This document shows, in pieces, positions 58,206-64,000 of a DNA stretch of 64,000 nucleotides. Every line of letters starts with the position of its first letter. Within the stretch, counting starts at the first letter, position 1. The notes below the pieces were generated by a model. It ran no database searches, had not been told where the DNA came from, and saw nothing but the letters and a program-made list of their open reading frames with translations. The stretch lies in assembly GCA_000004695.1 (NCBI GenBank), contig CM000151.3, forward strand, positions 7,840,001 to 7,904,000. The letters are read 5' to 3'. The position numbers and the translations under genes are program-made. The DNA is from Dictyostelium discoideum (lineage: Eukaryota).

Positions 58206-59791
58206 TTTTAATCAAAGACATAATAAATCACATAATTTTATTTTTAGTTTATGTAAATCTCGTGATGTTAAATTTATCATAATATAATGTTTTTTTTAAA
58301 ATTTTTAAATTTTTTTTTTTTTATTAATATTGTGTTTTCTAATAAAAAGGAGGCAGCCATTCATCATTTTTTTTTCAATTTGTTTTTTTTTTTATTATTA
58401 TAAATCAAATTGTAAATCAAATTTAAATTAAAATGAGGGGGGCACGTTAAAAATAGTTTTTCTCACTAATACACTCCCACACCACACACACTTTAGATTA
58501 AAACTTTTTTTTTTTTTTTTTTTTTTTAAAATCTCAGTGGTAGTGTGATTCATTGATCAAATGCGATTTTCAGTTGGTTGGATTTATAAATATGTGATAG
58601 TAAAATAGATTGAATCTTTTAAGTTTTTTTAATTTTTTTTTTCTTACTCATTTATTTTTATTTTTTTTTTTTTTTTTTCAAATGAGACAACATAACAATA
58701 TTTTTTTATTTTTTTTTTTTAAAAAGTGATAATAATCGTATATTCACTAAAACCACTCGGACAATAAAAACAAAACCAAGGCAGTGATTGAATAAAATAT
58801 ATATATCATGCCCATCTTTTGGGCAACAAAAAAAAAAAAAAAAATTGGTTTAAAAAAAAAAGATATTTTTAACAATACAAAAGTTTATAAAAATAATATT
58901 CATTTAAATTTTAAATTGTTCATTTGAATATTATTTTTATAAACTTTTTTTTTCCATTTATTATAAAATAAAAAAAGAAATTAATGAAATTAAAAAAAAA
59001 AATCAAATAATAGAATTCAAAAAAAAAAAAAAAAAATAAAACATTTGACAACTTTTCTTTTTTTTTTTTTTTATTTCGGCATTATTATATTTTTTTTTTT
59101 TATTTCAACATTTTTTTGAAAAAGCAACAACTACTTAAAGACAACTGTTTCACCCACTGATAAGTCTTTAGGTAAAGGTTTTTATACAATGTGAAATAAA
59201 TATAAAAATTTGTAAAACCACAAACACTAATTCTAAAAGATCTTGATTGATTTGAGGAAATTTTTTTTTTTTTATTTTATATATTTTTTTTTTTTTTTTT
59301 AATATAAAAGAAAAAAAAAAAAAATAAGACATAATACACAATATATAAATAAATAAGAAATAAATAAATAAAAAAAAAGATAGAGAAATTAAAAGAAGAT
59401 ATTTTAAATATATAAAAAAATCTATTTAAAGAAGATATTTTTTTTTTTTTTTTTTTTTTTTAAAAAGTTTTTTTTATCTATTTTTTTTTTATCTTTTTTT
59501 TTTTTTGTTTTTTTTTAATCTTTTTTTTTTCTTGTTTTTTTTTTTTAGTATCCCTTTTTCTTTTTATCTTTTTTTCTTTTTTTCTTTTTTTTTTTTTTTT
59601 CTTTTTTTTTTTTTTCTCTTAAATTTTTTTAATTAAAAAAAAAAAGATTAAATAAAACATATATATGGGTGAATTTTTGGAGATAGAAAAGTAAAAAAAA
59701 AATAAGTAAGGAAGAAGAGGAAAAGAAGGATTGAGATATTAAATTAACTATTTTTTTTGTTTTGTTTTTTGTTTTGTTTTGTTTTGTTTTT

Positions 59792-60713
<922 letters not shown>

Positions 60714-61322
60714 TGTTGTAGTTGTAGTTGTAGTTGTTGTAGTTGTTGGGTTTTGTTTGTGTCTTTAAATTAATTAATAGTGTGGCACGTTTTCGTTTGT
60801 TCATAAAAAAAAAAATTTCAAAAAATTTTATAAAAAAAAAAAAAAAAATTTTAATAAAAAAAAAAAAAATTGAATAAAAAAAAAAAAAAAAAAAATATAA
60901 GAAGAAAAAAGGAAATCAAAATCCTAATTTTTTTTGACAAAGGTTTTATTTTTATAAAAAAATAATAATTAATACAAAATAAACAACTAATTTTTAAAAA
61001 AAAAAAAAAAAATAAAATTAAAAAATAAAAACATATTTTATTGCCATATATGGATATATTTTTTTTTTTTGGATTAGTCCTTTTTATTCTTATTTTAACC
61101 CTATTTCAAAGTATCTTCTCATTTAATCGAATTTTTTTTTTTTTTTTTTTTTCAATTTCCTTTTTTTTTTTTTAATTTCTTTTTTTTTATTTTAATTTTT
61201 TTTTTCAAAAATTAATTAAACACAAATTATATGTTTTTAAACACTAAAAGTTTCTATTTTTTTTTTTATTTATTAAATTTTATCAAAGAAATAATAAATT
61301 TTTTTATTTTAAATATTAAAAA

Positions 61323-61676
61323 ATGATTTTTGAAGGAAATTATAATTTTCAAAATCAAATCAAAGAACAAAAAGAGTCAAATTTTAATTATTCAAACATA
61401 TCACCAATTCAAACACCATTTCCAACACCAACATCAACACCATTATCTTCACCAAAAATAATAGAGAGAACAAGTTCCAATAAAAATTCAAATACACTCA
61501 AATCCATAATATTATCAATTGAAAATGATTTTTCTTATAAAATTAATATTGGTGTAAATACTATTGGACGCTCTTCAACATCATCTATTTCTTTAAAATC
61601 TTCAAAATTAGATACTTCTGTAACTTCACGTAAACATTGTACTATTTGTAAGTATAAATAATTTTTTTTTAAAAAA

Positions 61677-61708
<32 letters not shown>

Positions 61709-62457
61709 ATAATATTATTTTAAATTTAATTTTTTTATTTTTATTAGATTATGATAATTTTGGTTTACGTATTACTAGTAATAGTTTAAATGGATTAACA
61801 AAAATTTATAGAAATGGATGTAATATTTATTTAAGACATAATCAAATATCACCCTTATATGTTGGAGAAACTATTCAAATTGGACATATTAAAGCAAAAA
61901 TTAATTATGGTATAAGTAATAGTCCACAATTAAATTTAGAATCAATGGATAACAATGAAAATGGTAATGGTATTAATGTAAAATCACAACAACCACAACA
62001 AAATAATAATAATAATAATAATAATAATAATTTAAAATTATCAAACCAAGAAATAACCACAAAATCAATTTACCCACCAAATTATCATCAAACTCGTATA
62101 CATCATGTCCGTTTTATTCCTTTTTTTTATAATAGAAAATCAATTTCCTCTTCTTTGTCATCATCATCAGCATCATCATCAGCAGCATCATCATCATCAG
62201 CAGCATCATCATCATCTCTATCACCTGAAATAAAATCAAACAAAATGAAAAAAGTTTGTAAAAAATTAACAAAAAAAAAAACATCAATTAATAGTTTAAG
62301 TTTACTTTTCGATAAAATTAATATTGGAAGTAGTGTTAGTAATAATCATAGTGATGTTGACCAAAATGAAATATATTTTGGTGAAGAACAACAAGAATTA
62401 TGTGTTGGAGGTTTTGATATTGAAAATGAAAATCAAATTGGATATGAATTAAAATAA
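61323..62457 (+). CDS. FHA-domain protein with a Ser/Ala-rich low-complexity region, 2 exons, about 344 aa
   Basis: Exon 1 is 61323..61647 (phase 1, GTAAGT donor at 61648). Exon 2 is 61748..62457 after a ttattAG acceptor. The FHA core spans the splice: 'YKINIGVNTIGRSSTSSISLKSSKLDTSVTSRKHCTI|YYDNFGLRITSNSLNGLTKIYRNGCNIYLRHNQISPLYVGETIQIGHIKAKINY' (G-R...S-R-H...N...G motif). Confidence 0.65.
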
Positions 62458-62631
62458 AATTTAAATCCATTCTAAAAATCAATCAACCATGTTAAAAATA
62501 TAAAAAAAATAAAAAGAATAAATATTAAATTAAACATTAATTTGTTTAATTTAAATAAATAATATTAAAAAGCACAAATGATTATTTAATTTTATAATTT
62601 GTAATGATACTTTATTTAAAACGATTAATAG

Positions 62632-62662
<31 letters not shown>

Positions 62663-62744
62663 CTTTTTTTTTTTTTTCTTTTTTTTTTTTTAAAAAATTA
62701 TTTGTATTAATATTATTATTATTTTTTTTTAAAAAATTAATGGC

Positions 62745-64000
62745 TTAATAGTCCCATTCATCATTTGCATCTTGGAAGTCATCATCATTCCAATTATCAC
62801 CATCTTCATTGTCCCAATCATTATCCCAATCATTACCCCAATCATTATCATTGTCCCAATCATTATCATAGTCATCATCACCATAATAATTGTCATCATC
62901 ATAATCACCATCATAATCACCATCATAGTCACCGTCACGGCCATCATAATCACCATCATATTCATCATCATCATAGTCACGATCATCATAGTCACGATCA
63001 TCATTTTCATTTTCAGCCCAATCAAGGGATCTTGGTTGTCTTGGTGGATCAAATTCACAACTTAAGATACCACCACGTCTTTCAACACATCTATGGAAAT
63101 CTGGACATTCGACATCATCACATCTTGCTTTCTTACAATCTGGAACACATTTTACACCATCAATTTTATCACCACATATGCAATGGTAATTTGGAGGACA
63201 ACGAGTATTATCACAAGTTGGTTTTACACAAATGATTCTGTCTTTGGTGGCAACACATTTTTCATCTCTGGCACATGAATTTGGTTTACAACATGGTCTC
63301 TTTGGAGTTCTCTTGACACAACATTTGGAGCCATCATGTTTGATTTTACATTCATAACCTCTCTTACATTTGAGGTCACATCTATCATGATGACGTTTTT
63401 TAACGCAACATTCTTTACCATGTTCATCATGTTTGCATTCATGACCTGGTGGACATCTTAATCTGCAGATTGGTGGACGTGGATGTGGTTTATGTGGTCT
63501 TGGTCTCCATGAACGGACACAGCATTTACTACCATCATGTTTGATCTTGCATTCATGACCCTTTGGACAACGCAAGTCACAAATATCATCACATTTGATC
63601 TTTACGCAACATTCTTTACCCCATTCATCAACTTTACATTCATGACCTTCTGGACATCTAGTTCTACAAACTGGTGGATATGGTCTCCATGGAACACAAA
63701 GAGCAAGATCTTTTTCCCAATCATATTTGCAATTAAATCCTTTTGGACAATGGACATTATCACATTTATCAAATGGTGGCAATGTAATTTGATCTTCAAC
63801 ACATTGTCTATTACCATTATTTACTTCACAATGATATCTTGGTGGACATTGAAGTGTTGAACAGTCTATATAAAAAAGTCAAGATTTAATAATAATAAAT
63901 AAAAAAAAAAAAAAAAAAAAAAGTATTAATACCAAATTTTTTTATTTTATTATTTTTATGTATATAGTTTAAAATAAAACTTACCTAAAATTGGACCATT
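62745..64000 (-). CDS. Cys-rich secreted/extracellular repeat protein with an extreme acidic Asp/Tyr/Trp-rich C-terminal tail (partial; the gene continues beyond the window end)
   Basis: The last exon is 62745..63865 (phase 1). An upstream exon fragment is 63985..64000+ (...NGPILG, GTAAGT donor at 63984). There are about 10 tandem modules of the form C-x-x-G-H-E-C-K-x-x-x-x-G-x-x-C-C-V (e.g. CPEGHECKVDEWGKECCVKIKCDDICDLRCPKGHECKIKHDGSKCCV). The tail reads DYDDRDYDDDEYDGDYDGRDGDYDGDYDGDYDDDNYYGDDDYDNDWDNDNDWGNDWDNDWDNEDGDNWNDDDF. The overlapping His-rich plus-strand ORFs (62765.., 62772..) are antisense artefacts. Confidence 0.6.

Noticed and set aside
62765-63235. His-rich plus-strand ORFs (156 aa and 97 aa) that look like metal-binding proteins
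   Set aside because: They are the antisense reading of the periodic GAT/GAC/TAT/TGG-rich tail of the minus-strand Cys-rich gene, which has splice-supported upstream exons.

Overview
This 64 kb window is AT-rich (about 75-80% A+T) eukaryotic nuclear DNA with all the hallmarks of Dictyostelium discoideum. It has long poly(A)/poly(T) runs, Asn/Gln/Thr homopolymer tracts inside ORFs, and short AT-rich introns with GTAAGT/GTATGT donors and (T)n-AG acceptors. It also contains TRE5-A and DGLT-A-type retroelements. There are no CRISPR arrays and nothing prokaryotic.

About 20 protein-coding genes can be supported, mostly multi-exon with splice sites reconstructed by hand:
- a urea-transporter-like membrane protein
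- the UBE2N/Ubc13 E2 enzyme
- an RluA-type pseudouridine synthase
- an animal-haem-peroxidase (peroxinectin-like) protein
- an SREK1IP1-like CCHC/RS protein
- a Na/K-type (IIC) P-type ATPase
- a SET/NAP-family protein
- a BRSK/SAD-like protein kinase
- PABPN1
- an FHA-domain protein
- a Cys-rich secreted protein with an extreme acidic D/Y/W tail
- several Asn/Gln-rich hypothetical proteins

Three tRNA genes are present: Val-AAC on the plus strand, and Leu-UAA and Ser-AGA on the minus strand. Two of them (Val, Leu) have a downstream external B box.

The most interesting part is 31.7-48.2 kb. Both minus-strand tRNA genes carry stacked, nested retrotransposon insertions at ruler-like distances upstream. 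Upstream of tRNA-Leu, in order of increasing distance:
- a TRE5-A.2 deletion variant at -48 bp, inserted inside the LTR of
- an internally deleted DGLT-A-like Ty3/gypsy element at -14 bp. It has TG..CA LTRs with 10-bp terminal inverted repeats, a PBS complementary to tRNA-Ser(AGA)+CCA, a polypurine tract, a 4-bp TSD, and an in-frame gag-protease-IN C-terminus fusion ORF.
- beyond it, an older layer: a 5'-truncated 5S rRNA sequence fused to the last 14 nt of a TRE5-B/C-type element plus poly(A). This looks like an L1-style chimeric retropseudogene made by template switching. It is followed by a C-module-only TRE5 tail fragment.

Upstream of tRNA-Ser there is a tandem stack sharing three copies of one 15-bp TSD: a TRE5-A.2 copy, then a full-length TRE5-A.1 with intact ORF1 (444 aa) and ORF2 (1073 aa, APE+RT+Cys-His), then older tail fragments.

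The 199-bp A-module is present in tandem arrays of variable copy number.
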